A stretch of DNA of 64,000 bases from Diplonema japonicum (Eukaryota > Protista > Euglenozoa: Diplonemea). Within the stretch, counting starts at the first letter, position 1. Each line of letters opens with the position of its first letter. Where the stretch lies: contig OZ025680.1 of NCBI GenBank assembly GCA_964019335.1, forward strand, positions 124,001 through 188,000, written 5' to 3'. The position numbers were made by a program, and so were the translations under genes. The notes beneath the pieces are model-generated. The model was given only the letters and a program-made list of their open reading frames with translations, made no database searches and was not told the DNA's origin. Of the stretch, positions 32,530 to 42,643 are shown in pieces.

Positions 32530-34032
32530 CTATGCCCCATTCTTTGGGCAAAGTGTCCCAAGCCCCATTGACCCACCGCTGGTCCAGGTTTTGTAAACGT
32601 TCAAGACGCCAGCAAAGGCCAGCGCAACAAGTGATCCGGCGATGACAAGCGCGAGAGCGTATACTATCCAGTAAGACTTGTTCTTATACTTAATGTAAGC
32701 ACCGATAGGACCCTGGCCAAGGCACGTCCCAAGGCACCCGATGAGCACGAAGTACAACGCGTAGTCCAACGGGAGCTCACCATAGAAGTAGAACTCCATA
32801 CACGCCTTTGAAGCAACAAGAGAAGTGGCAACAGATGCAGTCGCCGCAGACGCCTCGGGTTTAATGTTTTTGGACATCTCGAAGAGGAGGATGCCGAGGA
32901 TCATGCCGCCGCCTATCCCGAGCAGCGAGGCCCCGATGCCTGCCGTGATGGAGAGAACAGGGTAGTACATCGTGTTGTAGGTGTTCCAGACAACCTCGTC
33001 ACTCCGCATCACGTACCCATGACGAAGGGCGTCTTCATCAGCATTCTTCAGAACAAACCCGGCCCCTGCCGTCAGAACTATCATGCTCAGGACAATCCCT
33101 GCTGTGTACACCCAATAGGCGGTTGTTCCACACGATACATAATAATGCCTCCCATATGAGGTCATGACCAACACCACCCACACTGTTAAGCAGTACGCGT
33201 ACTTCTCGGCGGGGTACTGTCGGAACCTCCAGTCTGTGATGGAGCTGTGCCCCCACTTTCCAGCCTCCACGTCCTTCTTCCCCAGTAGACCTGCCTGTTC
33301 GTCGCTTCTGGCCTCTTTGGTCTCCTTCCCGGCAGCCTTCGCAGCCTTTGCCAACGTCCTCTTCAACATGAAAGACAGAAGCAACACGAGAAGAACCAAC
33401 CTAATCCAGTCTGGTAGAACGTTTCCAATCATGTGCCCGATGATGGTGCCGGACAGGGTCATGGGGATCAGGATCATGACTGCATTGTAGTCAATGAGAG
33501 GGCCGTCCTCGGGGTGCTTTCTAGGAAGCATGAAAATCAGGTTGAGTCCCGAGCAGCCGAGGATAGTGGCTTGGGACATAGAGACGGCGAGGGAAGGGGG
33601 GAAACCTGCAGCAAGGATATACAGTGGGACGAGCATCCCGCCTCCGCCGATGCCTGCGACAGCTGCCAAGGCGGTTACAAAGAAGGCCAGCACGCCAGCT
33701 ACCACCTCGTCGTGCGTGAGGCTGCTCATCTCTAAAGGACGGAGAACGCAGTCGCCCGCAGCTACGTTGCACGCGTACACAGCACTCTCCGCAGCGCACT
33801 GGCTGTCCTTTGTGCACTTCGCGCATGTGTTGTTCACACATGCAAACCCACCGCACGTCACCTTCGCCTCAGCAGGCACACAGTTCTTTCCCAGCTTCTG
33901 CACCACAGGGATGTTGTACCCTTGCACGAATTTCATAAACCCCGTATCAATGAACACACCATCCACATGCTCCCTTGCCCCATGCACGGATGCCACCACC
34001 GCCAAGAGCAGCAACACTTTAGCGACCGACAT
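32530..34032 (-). CDS. TauE/SafE (sulfite exporter) family membrane protein with a Cys-rich N-terminal ectodomain
   Basis: Twin GIGGG motifs, PLIDYN, many TM helices, signal peptide. Confidence 0.85.
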   Translation of the reverse strand: MSVAKVLLLLAVVASVHGAREHVDGVFIDTGFMKFVQGYNIPVVQKLGKNCVPAEAKVTCGGFACVNNTCAKCTKDSQCAAESAVYACNVAAGDCVLRPLEMSSLTHDEVVAGVLAFFVTALAAVAGIGGGGMLVPLYILAAGFPPSLAVSMSQATILGCSGLNLIFMLPRKHPEDGPLIDYNAVMILIPMTLSGTIIGHMIGNVLPDWIRLVLLVLLLSFMLKRTLAKAAKAAGKETKEARSDEQAGLLGKKDVEAGKWGHSSITDWRFRQYPAEKYAYCLTVWVVLVMTSYGRHYYVSCGTTAYWVYTAGIVLSMIVLTAGAGFVLKNADEDALRHGYVMRSDEVVWNTYNTMYYPVLSITAGIGASLLGIGGGMILGILLFEMSKNIKPEASAATASVATSLVASKACMEFYFYGELPLDYALYFVLIGCLGTCLGQGPIGAYIKYKNKSYWIVYALALVIAGSLVALAFAGVLNVYKTWTSGGSMGLGTLCPKNGA

Positions 34033-34132
34033 GTCGTGTAAAGATCAAGAACTATTCCCTTTGTTGTGTTTATGGTAAAAAGAAGGGGAAAAAAAGAGGT
34101 ATAAACATTGCAAAAGAAAAAAAAGGAAACTG

Positions 34133-34849
34133 CTACCAACCATCTTCTGCACACTGATAAGTGTGCATTTTATACGCCGCCACTCTGCTGTACCGTGCTT
34201 TGATGCTGTCGAGTTCGTCTTGCTCCGCTTGGTCCTGCGCAAGGAGTTCACACTTTTGCTTGTACTCCACGAGGCGTTTCCTGGACGCCTCGTATCGGGC
34301 TTTCTTTTCTGTGGTGGCCTTGCATGCAAAATAGAGGCCTTTCGTGTCAATGAAATCGAAAGGCTTCAAAGTGTTGGTGGCTGTGTAGGAGGAGAATGCG
34401 TCTTTAAAGAGTTTCGTATCTTTCTTGCGCTGTAAGCATCGCGAAGAGGCGAGCCATGAGATGTCTTCCTCAGCACGTGGTTGTATGGGTGTGACGTTGT
34501 GGGAGAGCAGTGCGGGTTTCAATGAAGCCAGTCTTTTGTACGACCCCTTCAGCCGCTTGACTTCGTTTTCTTCCCACAGCTTGACTTGTCGTTTTTCTTC
34601 TTGTTCTTTTTCCAGTTTCCTCTTCTCTTCCTTTTCCCTCCCTTGCCGGTGCAGCCTTCTCATTGTCCGTTCCATCACCCTCAGCATTCTCCTGCTCAGG
34701 TCCTCCTCCACGTCTTCTTCGAACAGCACATCGTAGGATATCTTCGTCTCATCCAGCTCCTCGATGCCCTTCGAGTTCACCCTCACAGCGTCACGGACTG
34801 CCACCTCCGCCCGCCACAAACACTCTGCTAAGTACCGCGATCCCTGCAT
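34133..34849 (-). CDS. Hypothetical coiled-coil protein
   Basis: 238-aa charged helical ORF. Confidence 0.7.
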   Translation of the reverse strand: MQGSRYLAECLWRAEVAVRDAVRVNSKGIEELDETKISYDVLFEEDVEEDLSRRMLRVMERTMRRLHRQGREKEEKRKLEKEQEEKRQVKLWEENEVKRLKGSYKRLASLKPALLSHNVTPIQPRAEEDISWLASSRCLQRKKDTKLFKDAFSSYTATNTLKPFDFIDTKGLYFACKATTEKKARYEASRKRLVEYKQKCELLAQDQAEQDELDSIKARYSRVAAYKMHTYQCAEDGW

Positions 34850-35017
34850 AGAGCTGTGCGGCTTTAGGAGTTATAACCAACATAACAAATTTGGCAATAA
34901 TATGGTACACTAGCCAGGACAACGTGATAGGGGGAAATACGTAAAAGAGAGGGAAATAAAAAAAAGAATAATGATGCACAGCTCAGCAAGGGGGAGATGG
35001 TGTGTTGCATGTGAATC

Positions 35018-35677
35018 TCACATGTGCTTCTTGACAGCCGCTCTGAGGCCTTCGATCATGGCCTTGCAGTCGTCCGCCTTGAAGACGCTGGACCCCGCCA
35101 CGATGTCGTTGGCGCCGGCTTTGGCAGCGGCGTCGATGGTAGAGAGGCCGAGGCCTCCGTCGACCTGAATACACATGTCGGGGTGGGACTTCCTGACGGA
35201 TTCCACCTTGGGGAGGACTTCGTGCATGAAGGACTGCCCGCCGAACCCAGGCCGCACAGTCATTACCAGCACCATGTCAATCGAGTCCAGGTAGGGTTGG
35301 ATCTCGGTCACAGGTGTGTCAGGGGACAGCGCCAGACCAACCTCGAAGCCAGCCTCCCTCGCAGCCTTGATGACCTCGGAGGTCTTATCCTTCGTGGCCT
35401 CCACGTGGAATGTGTACCTGGTAGCTACGTTCTTCAAGGGCTCGATCCACTGCATGGGGTTAGACACCATCAGATGACAGTCCAAGTACGCGTCCGGAAG
35501 GTTCTTCCTCAGGCTCTGCACCACAGGTGGGCCCCAGCTCAGGTTCGGCACGAAATGCCCATCCATGATGTCAAGGTGAAGGGCGTCCGCACCTGCGGCA
35601 AGAACCTTCATCGACTCGGCCGCAAGGTTCGACAGGTCCGACGCCAGCAGCGACGGTGCAATGCTTGCACGAGGCAT
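35018..35677 (-). CDS. RPE: Ribulose-phosphate 3-epimerase
   Basis: IAPSLL, HLDIMDGHFVPN, DCHLMV, MTVRPGFGGQSF, IQVDGG, VAGS. Confidence 0.97.
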   Translation of the reverse strand: MPRASIAPSLLASDLSNLAAESMKVLAAGADALHLDIMDGHFVPNLSWGPPVVQSLRKNLPDAYLDCHLMVSNPMQWIEPLKNVATRYTFHVEATKDKTSEVIKAAREAGFEVGLALSPDTPVTEIQPYLDSIDMVLVMTVRPGFGGQSFMHEVLPKVESVRKSHPDMCIQVDGGLGLSTIDAAAKAGANDIVAGSSVFKADDCKAMIEGLRAAVKKHM

Positions 35678-35964
35678 GATGTCTGACGCTGTCAGGATGC
35701 AATACGCTTAGTCTTTTCAGAAAAAAAAAAAAAAAAAAAAAAAAGCAAAAAGGGAGAGGAAATGGATAGAGAAAGAAAAAAAGAACTACTAAAAAGGGGT
35801 AGAGAAAGGGGCGGGAATGCCTGCAACATGTTAAGGAGGCACCCTAACCGAACCCCATTTCCTTTCCCCAGTTTTACAAAAAGAGGATCAAAAAAAAAAG
35901 AGGGGGGGGAGGAGTCAACACCGGATGTACCGTGAAGAACCATAAAAAAAAAAGCCTTCTTTTT

Positions 35965-37257
35965 TTAAAAACAACTGGAGTCGCCTTTCCTCGCTTTGAC
36001 AAAATAATTTGTATGTTTCTTCTTCTCAGGAAGACAGTATCGAAGACATTCAATGATAATGCGCAGCGCTTCTACAGGAAGCGCCTTACGCCTGCCATGC
36101 ACAAGGGAAGAAATCATTACACTCAGAGCAGTGCTAGGAATACCTACCTCCTCAGAGACAAGCGAAGAAAGCACATAGGTATGGATGGGATTCGTGTAGA
36201 TGGGTTGGAGGACAACAGCGAGAGGTTGAGGTGGAAGTGAACGGAGGATACGTGCATGGTGTTCATGGGCAAGGATTTCATCGAAGACAGACGGAGGGAT
36301 ATCGTAAGAGGCATAGGAAAACACAGCAAACACAACACAAATGTCCAAATCTCTGATAATGTACTCAGCCAAGGTGTTGCCGGCCACAGATCTAACGTTC
36401 AAGATCGAAGTGCAGGCTTCACGGCTCAACATACGAAACTCTCCTCTTAACTCATGTGTCTTCTGTTTCTCAAGCAACCCGATGATCCTCCGAGTGGTAT
36501 TGGCTAAACCACAGGTATTTCTTTCGTCGGAAGTATTGGCACCATTAGCCAGAGCCGTTCCTAGCAACACATATCCACTTGCACACACAATACCCACCTC
36601 TCTTGTGTCTTTAAGGTTCTTAACAACACCCAGAACTTTAAGAGCATTCTGAATTAGATGTTCTGAGAGCATGCATGAGTTACCGATGGGTATGGTGTAC
36701 ACACCACGTTTGTCTTTCAAGACGGTCGAGATCGCTGTCAACTTCTTGGGAATCTCCGATGATGGAGTGAAACAGGCAGGCGTGAGAGGCGATCTTTTCA
36801 AAGCCCTCAAAATCTTTGGCAGCTGTTTGGGATATTTAAGCTCATGCGTTACAATGTCGACGTTGCGCAGTTCCTTGCGAAGCTCTGATTTACCCATATC
36901 TATCAGTTTGTATGATTTTATTTCAACGTCGTGCGGGGGGCGGATATGATTTTCAGAGGGACAGTCGGTTACAAGACAGACAGTGAGTTCGGTCCTTTCA
37001 TGTGGCAGGGAACCGTGCACGTTTTCACCTGTGCCTCCGTACACTTTGATGGCCACCCTGAACCCTGCAGAGCGTGTCATGAACCCTCCGATGGCCTGCA
37101 GCAAATCGTCAGGCAAGTCGTAGTGTTCTGCTGCCCTCGTCCTCGCCAGAAAAAAGATCCTTACGATCTTTCTCTGGACGGCGTGCAATGTGTTGTGCCT
37201 CACCATTGTCTCGACTGCTTCTGTCAGCAGGCCGTCTTTTATCCTTTCGATAGGCAT
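35965..37257 (-). CDS. Protein with a divergent ribosomal L1-like (RSL1D1-type) domain
   Basis: LPH..TELTVCLVTD and IPIGNSCMLSEHLIQNA resemble L1-domain motifs. Confidence 0.5.
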   Translation of the reverse strand: MPIERIKDGLLTEAVETMVRHNTLHAVQRKIVRIFFLARTRAAEHYDLPDDLLQAIGGFMTRSAGFRVAIKVYGGTGENVHGSLPHERTELTVCLVTDCPSENHIRPPHDVEIKSYKLIDMGKSELRKELRNVDIVTHELKYPKQLPKILRALKRSPLTPACFTPSSEIPKKLTAISTVLKDKRGVYTIPIGNSCMLSEHLIQNALKVLGVVKNLKDTREVGIVCASGYVLLGTALANGANTSDERNTCGLANTTRRIIGLLEKQKTHELRGEFRMLSREACTSILNVRSVAGNTLAEYIIRDLDICVVFAVFSYASYDIPPSVFDEILAHEHHARILRSLPPQPLAVVLQPIYTNPIHTYVLSSLVSEEVGIPSTALSVMISSLVHGRRKALPVEALRIIIECLRYCLPEKKKHTNYFVKARKGDSSCF

Positions 37258-37391
37258 TGTTTCTTTTTTTTTTTTTTTTTTTCCCCTTACTTCCCCTCCC
37301 TTCCTTCCCCTCCTTTTTGTTTCATTTTTTCTTTCCGAAGCCTACTCGTGGTACAAGGGGCACGGGTGGCCGCTCTCGTCCTCATCATGCG

Positions 37392-38102
37392 TCATGCATC
37401 AATACAAACTGACAACAAGAATGTGTTGCAAAAGGAAAATAAAAAGAAAAATCGCCAGACGTTTTGGTAGAGAAAGTGAGAAAACAAAACCAACCTTTTT
37501 TGCGTCTTAATAAGGGGGGGTCCAACAAAATGGGTGGTGTATTCCAGAAGAATCCTTGTATTATAATCATTGACGGTCCGTGTATCATGAGATTTAATTT
37601 CTACAATTTTCAGGTTGCTTCCTTTAAACACAGTAATACCATGGTATAAAAGACTAGTTTTCACCTGGTAGGGTTCCCTCTCAATATTATCGTTTCTTTT
37701 GTTTTAGACAAATGGATAAATCCCAATAACTTGTATTGTAACCATTTCGTTCTATGACAAATCTTTATCATTAAAACACTGCGACTTCAGTGCCGAAGCC
37801 TCCATGCCACTTTCAAGTGTCAAGGATTCAAAGTTCTTTGTAATGTTTACATTGACCTCTAGCGACTACTTATCTAACTTAGTTTTCAAAATCAATAGAA
37901 TGCTCAATTGCTTATGTGGCCAAGATGGCGAAGTGGTGCATTGGTTCTTTACCAGTAGGGCAACTGTTACCTCCCAGTTTGCTACTGCTACCAGGTATGA
38001 TCCTTTCGTTGGCGGCAAGCAGACCAACGGGCAAAACAACCCACTTGAACGATGAACGACGGGCGCAGTGAGCCGGCAGGCCACCAGCAGAACACGAACA
38101 GC
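37392..38102 (-). pseudogene. Decayed reading frame directly downstream of the SL relic (processed retrocopy candidate)
   Basis: One frame of ~237 codons with only 3 internal stops (37866, 37752, 37704). No introns or homopolymer tracts. Its 3' part is AT-rich. Confidence 0.45.
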
Positions 38103-38137
38103 CAATAAAGTACAAAAACTGTAGCTTTAGAATCGTT
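38103..38137 (-). other. Spliced-leader (SL) exon relic, diplonemid type
   Basis: AACGATTCTAAAGCTACAGTTTTTGTACTTTATTG. This is 3 mismatches from the 3' 35 nt of the Diplonema SL as recalled. It is followed by GCTG rather than the GT donor, so it is not an SL RNA gene. Confidence 0.88.
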
Positions 38138-38139
38138 AA

Positions 38140-38640
38140 GGAGGTTTGGGTATTGCCCGTTGTCTTCATACAGTGGCAGTCGATCAGGTTTGCGTGACTC
38201 AAGCAAGCCAGCGGCCGGAAGCCCGATGGGTGGTCACGTCGGTCCCGTTCGCCTCCCACGGGCGCGGGGTCACCGCGGTCGACATGAGAGTCCCCAGAAA
38301 AGCACATGGACACCGCGAAACGGAGAGTCGAAGGAGGTTCCTGGAGATGGGAATCGCAATAGGATGGGAACCACGGTCACGGGTGGTTCTTGTCGTCACT
38401 GGGGAGCGCTTCGCCCGCAGCCTGCGACCTTGATCCCTGCATCTAGAAGCCCCTTCGGGAGGCCCCGGTTCTTCTCTGAGCTGCTTAGGGCAGTTGTGAA
38501 GGGACCTCTCAAACTCCACCGCAGGGTTGTCCTCAGTGGTCCGTCGTCGTCGAACGTGTACTTCCCGGACCTCAGTAATGTCCGCCGTGGGCAACGCTTG
38601 CTGGCCCAGCCGCACAGCATCACTATCGCGACATCTCTTG
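38140..38640 (-). pseudogene. GC-rich frameshifted fragment, possibly a tyrosine recombinase (DIRS/TATE-like)
   Basis: Across two frames it reads RDVAIVML.. / ALPTADITEVREVHV / TFDDDGPLRTTLRWSLRGPFT, reminiscent of the YR box I region. Confidence 0.3.
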
Positions 38641-38869
38641 TGTTGTTCTTTTATTTCTTCTTCTCCCCTTTAACTGTGAAGGTTTTGAGAAGGATACACA
38701 GAAAAAGGAGAATGGGGTGCAGATGGGATACTATTGATAACGGTGGTTCTGATACCCCTATACCTTATACCTTATTTCTTCTTTTTTTGTCTCTTCTTTT
38801 TCATGAGTTTATAGGGGACCTTTGAAGGATACCCCTTAAGTTCTCTTCTTTGGCTTTCAATTTATTATT

Positions 38870-40489
38870 TTATTTCTTCGCGACCTTCTTCTTCTTCTTT
38901 TGGTGCTTTGTCGGCTGGGCGACGGGAGACTGGGCTTGCGCCTTCTTAGGTGGCCTCTGAATGAGCAGGATTTTCAGAGCCTCAAGTTTTTTAACGGTGG
39001 AAAGGATAATGGGGTGGGCGTTCTTGGGAACGCCTGAAAGCATTTGCGAAACGGCAACTGCAGAAGACCAGTTGAGGGCAGCAGGATCTTCGTAAGCCAC
39101 ATTGATGGGAACCTTTGGCGATGTGGCCGCAAGGGACATTAGGTTGTCGATCATCATCTCAGGGATGGGGACATAGTTTCGGGGCATGGGGTCTTCCTCG
39201 TCTTCTTCATCTTCCTCAACCTCTTCGCCTTCCTCTTCTTCTTCGTCTTCTTCTTCCTCATCTCCCGGCTTCGTTCCAAGCATGTGCTTGCTCCTGTCAT
39301 TGAACATGGAGTGCGCGATGGTGTATACTACCTCACCATCCTCCGAAGGCATAGCCTCGTTGAAGCACAACACCGAGGGGTCAGGCAGCATCACCTTGCA
39401 CGCGCTTGTCACGTCCTGGACAGACTCCTCGTCAGGCTGCTTCAAGAAGGGTGGCATGCGGTGGTTGACAACGTCAGCGGACATGCTCTGCACTGCCACC
39501 TGCGTGCAGTCGCTTTCTTTCAGCACCCTCTGCACGTTCTGAAGCGCGGTCGACACAGCGCGCGATGCGTAGGAGGTGTCCGCATTGAGAGCTGTTGCGC
39601 CCCATGGCAGGCCTTGGCGGAGGAGGGGGTCCGTCTGGAAAATCGACGCCATGGCCTCTTCAAGAGCCCTTTGGATAACCTCGTAGTTGCACCATCTCTG
39701 GTAGGTGGAGATGGTAAGGTGCACGGAGGGGACATCGCCCACGCTGGGAGCATAGTGGATAGTGCCGCGGGGGAAGTACAGCAGGTCACCTGCAACAATA
39801 TCGCCGTTGAAGTAGGCGGGGGAGAGAAGGTCGAGCTGAAGGTCGTGGGACTGGAACCTCGGGAGGGTCTGATGTTCCTCAGGAAGGGGAGTCTCGGCGG
39901 TTGTAGCATGAAGAGACCACTTCTTACTACCTGACAGTTGCAGCACGAAGACCTCAACGTCATCGTAGTGCGGGGCGAGGCCTTGGACGTGAGGGGGGGT
40001 AAGGTACGCGTTCACGCCAACAAGCGATCCCAGCTGCGACTCCAGCACGGCAACAAGCCTGGCGAGGTCGTCGTCCTCATGCTGCGGCTGCAGCCACTGC
40101 AGACTCCATCCCTCGTCGAAGTACTTCTTGATCTCCTTCCAGTCCGCAGGCGGCGTTGCGGGCGTCTCTTTTGTGTTCTTATCAAGACACCTGAATACAT
40201 TGATCCTTGACGCTACCACATCCCCCTTTTCCATTCTCTCCCACAGCTGGTCTATTGTGCCCAATCCTTTCAGCCCTTCGTAGTATTTCCCGTCACCCCT
40301 CTTGATGTGGACGCCTTTTTTCTCCCAATTCTCTCTCAGAAACTTCTCCTTCCCCAAGCCGTTCAGCATCCAATCCACCCCTTCCAGCTTCTCTTTCTTC
40401 TTTCCGAAAGCCTCATTCGCCGTTCGCTTTGCCCCTCCTTGCCCCAGCCGCCTCTTCAGCTCCGCTACACGGTCCTTAGCAGTGGGCAT
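38870..40489 (-). CDS. JmjC ribosomal oxygenase / NO66-like
   Basis: NAYLTPP..QGLAPHYDDVEVFVLQLSGSKKW and GDLLYFPRGTIH, with the HxD...H iron ligands intact. Confidence 0.9.
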   Translation of the reverse strand: MPTAKDRVAELKRRLGQGGAKRTANEAFGKKKEKLEGVDWMLNGLGKEKFLRENWEKKGVHIKRGDGKYYEGLKGLGTIDQLWERMEKGDVVASRINVFRCLDKNTKETPATPPADWKEIKKYFDEGWSLQWLQPQHEDDDLARLVAVLESQLGSLVGVNAYLTPPHVQGLAPHYDDVEVFVLQLSGSKKWSLHATTAETPLPEEHQTLPRFQSHDLQLDLLSPAYFNGDIVAGDLLYFPRGTIHYAPSVGDVPSVHLTISTYQRWCNYEVIQRALEEAMASIFQTDPLLRQGLPWGATALNADTSYASRAVSTALQNVQRVLKESDCTQVAVQSMSADVVNHRMPPFLKQPDEESVQDVTSACKVMLPDPSVLCFNEAMPSEDGEVVYTIAHSMFNDRSKHMLGTKPGDEEEEDEEEEEGEEVEEDEEDEEDPMPRNYVPIPEMMIDNLMSLAATSPKVPINVAYEDPAALNWSSAVAVSQMLSGVPKNAHPIILSTVKKLEALKILLIQRPPKKAQAQSPVAQPTKHQKKKKKVAKK

Positions 40490-40539
40490 CTTAGTATCTT
40501 TCCTGGAGATGAATATGGGAGACGAACGAAAAATACAAA

Positions 40540-42318
40540 CTACTGGGTATCACAGGGTAAATACTTCATTTCTTTTCTTAAAGGGAAAAGGTTAGGGGGG
40601 GTTCGTCCCAGCTTCAGAAGGAGCTGGTTGGTGTCGGTACAACGAGCATCGATAGTAGAGTCGCTGTTGTTGAAACTGACGCTTTCTGCAAAGTGCTTAG
40701 GGCGCCGGTATGGGGATGTCGTTGGCGTTTGCAGCGGTGTTGTGAACGAGTAGACACAGGCAGAGGGGTGGTTAATGTGTGACGTGGAGCGACTGCCTTC
40801 TTCCGTCATGAAGGATTTTGTAGCTGCAGTAACCTTGTTCAAACACGCCGCCACCATCTGCTCCACTTCTGTGTCGATGGCGTAGAGCTCCTTTGCAGCC
40901 TCGTTCGGGGTGACCTCTACCACGCTCTCCGCCGCCACTGCCCCGTTCGTTTGTTTATTGACTCGACCCTTTCTTTTCCTTCCCCTGCATTGTTTCACTA
41001 TGCTTGAGGTCACTTTCACGCGTTCTGTGTGTTTCGTCTTCCTTTTCTCCAAAGGTTTCAGCTCCTCCGCAGCTTCATCTTTGATGACAATTATCTCTTT
41101 GCAAATCTCATGGTCGCCACCGGACCAGTTGTTGAAGGAGGGTAAAGGCGCATCTTCGCTGAACTTAAAATTGGCTAGCTCAGCCATGCCAGACGCTAGC
41201 TTCGTGCTCAGTGTAGAGGTCAGGGCTGCTGTGTACTTTGTCGCGCCTCTTACTAAATTTACGGCGCGGCTCATTTTATAACTCCGTGCGGCACAGGGCG
41301 AAGGCGCAGCGTTACCCTGATCCTCCTTGCAAATGGCAGCAGAGTAGTAACTGTCGGTGCACGTCGTCCACAGCAACCGTTGGGAGAGGGTGATGGCATT
41401 GCCCTCGCCTGTGGCAGATACCACTTTGTGGAGATGGAAACGGACAGGCGGGAGGCATGAAAGCGACGTCCTCTTCCTGATGGCGTGTAGATGGTACTCT
41501 CTCTCGACAGATTTCTTCGTGAGCGCCCCGAGTGAGTACAGAACACGCTCGCTCTCGTAGAACTGCATCAGCGATTTGCAAATGGTGTTCAGCTTGTGGT
41601 AGTCGACTGTTGCCGCGCTGAACTCGAACACGGGAAGAGGCACCTCAAGTGTTGTGTGGGAGGTCTGCTCGAAGGCGCGTTTTAAAACGCTCTTCATGTC
41701 ATCGCCTTCGCTGTCTGCGTAGAACAGCCACTCGCCAGCCTCCCGCTTCTTAGTCGAAATGCGGCTCCTCTCGCTGTGACTCCATTTTGAGATTGCTCTC
41801 TGGAAATCTCTCAGAACCTCCATGTAGCACATCACAATGGCTTCCATTTTAATACACACATCGCACTCGAGTGCCTCCTTTCCGAAAGATGCGAAAACAG
41901 AGGTAATTCTGCTTGCTCGAGATTTGAACGATCCCTTGTGTATTGTAGACATGTGCCTGGTGCGGCGTGATGACGTGTGTACCGATTTCTGTCTCTGGTT
42001 CCAAGCATACAAGATGTGCTGCAAGGAGAGGTCGCGTCGCCAGCGGTACTTGCGCCACGCCCTTTGTATCTTTTGGACCGTTCTTTTCAAAATGGTAAAA
42101 TGCTTTCTGAACCGCATGCCCGAGGTGCCATGTTGAAAGAAGATGTGCTTTATCGTGTTCAGGTGTTCCATGAAGTTGGGTACCACAGCGTGTTCGTGCC
42201 TCAGCTTGAACAACAAACTAAATTCTTGAAAGTACTCCGTCTTGGCCCTCATCGACAATGGAAAGAGCCCGGCAAGAGTGACCGCTTCCGGCGTCATCTT
42301 CACCTTTGCTGACGGCAT
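40540..42318 (-). CDS. Hypothetical protein with an IQ motif
   Basis: VQKIQRAWRKYRWRR in a long, clean ORF. Confidence 0.75.
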   Translation of the reverse strand: MPSAKVKMTPEAVTLAGLFPLSMRAKTEYFQEFSLLFKLRHEHAVVPNFMEHLNTIKHIFFQHGTSGMRFRKHFTILKRTVQKIQRAWRKYRWRRDLSLQHILYAWNQRQKSVHTSSRRTRHMSTIHKGSFKSRASRITSVFASFGKEALECDVCIKMEAIVMCYMEVLRDFQRAISKWSHSERSRISTKKREAGEWLFYADSEGDDMKSVLKRAFEQTSHTTLEVPLPVFEFSAATVDYHKLNTICKSLMQFYESERVLYSLGALTKKSVEREYHLHAIRKRTSLSCLPPVRFHLHKVVSATGEGNAITLSQRLLWTTCTDSYYSAAICKEDQGNAAPSPCAARSYKMSRAVNLVRGATKYTAALTSTLSTKLASGMAELANFKFSEDAPLPSFNNWSGGDHEICKEIIVIKDEAAEELKPLEKRKTKHTERVKVTSSIVKQCRGRKRKGRVNKQTNGAVAAESVVEVTPNEAAKELYAIDTEVEQMVAACLNKVTAATKSFMTEEGSRSTSHINHPSACVYSFTTPLQTPTTSPYRRPKHFAESVSFNNSDSTIDARCTDTNQLLLKLGRTPPNLFPLRKEMKYLPCDTQ

Positions 42319-42643
42319 TTGTCTCGTCACCCCTCATCACCCGTTGTAGGTTGGCGTGGCTGTGAGGAAGGTAGAAGGTTAAAAGGAACTCAAAAAAGAA
42401 ACATTTTCTCCCCTTTCAGCACACAAAAAAAAAATCGAAAGGGGGAAAATAGAGAGGAAAAAGGGAGAAAATGAGAGGGAATGAGCGGGAGAAACAAAAA
42501 AGAGAGATAGATGTATCCCCCCCCCCCTTCCTTTTGGGAAAAGTATTTTTTTTAAGTACTTTCTTCCTTTTTTTTTTCTGATTTGTTTTTCGTTCTTGCA
42601 TACAAGAAAGGGGAGAAAGAGAAAAAAGTGTAGGATCGTTTCG

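Noticed and set aside
38103-38137. Functional SL RNA gene
   Set aside because: There is no GT donor after the exon, the first 4 nt are missing or divergent, and there is no tandem array.
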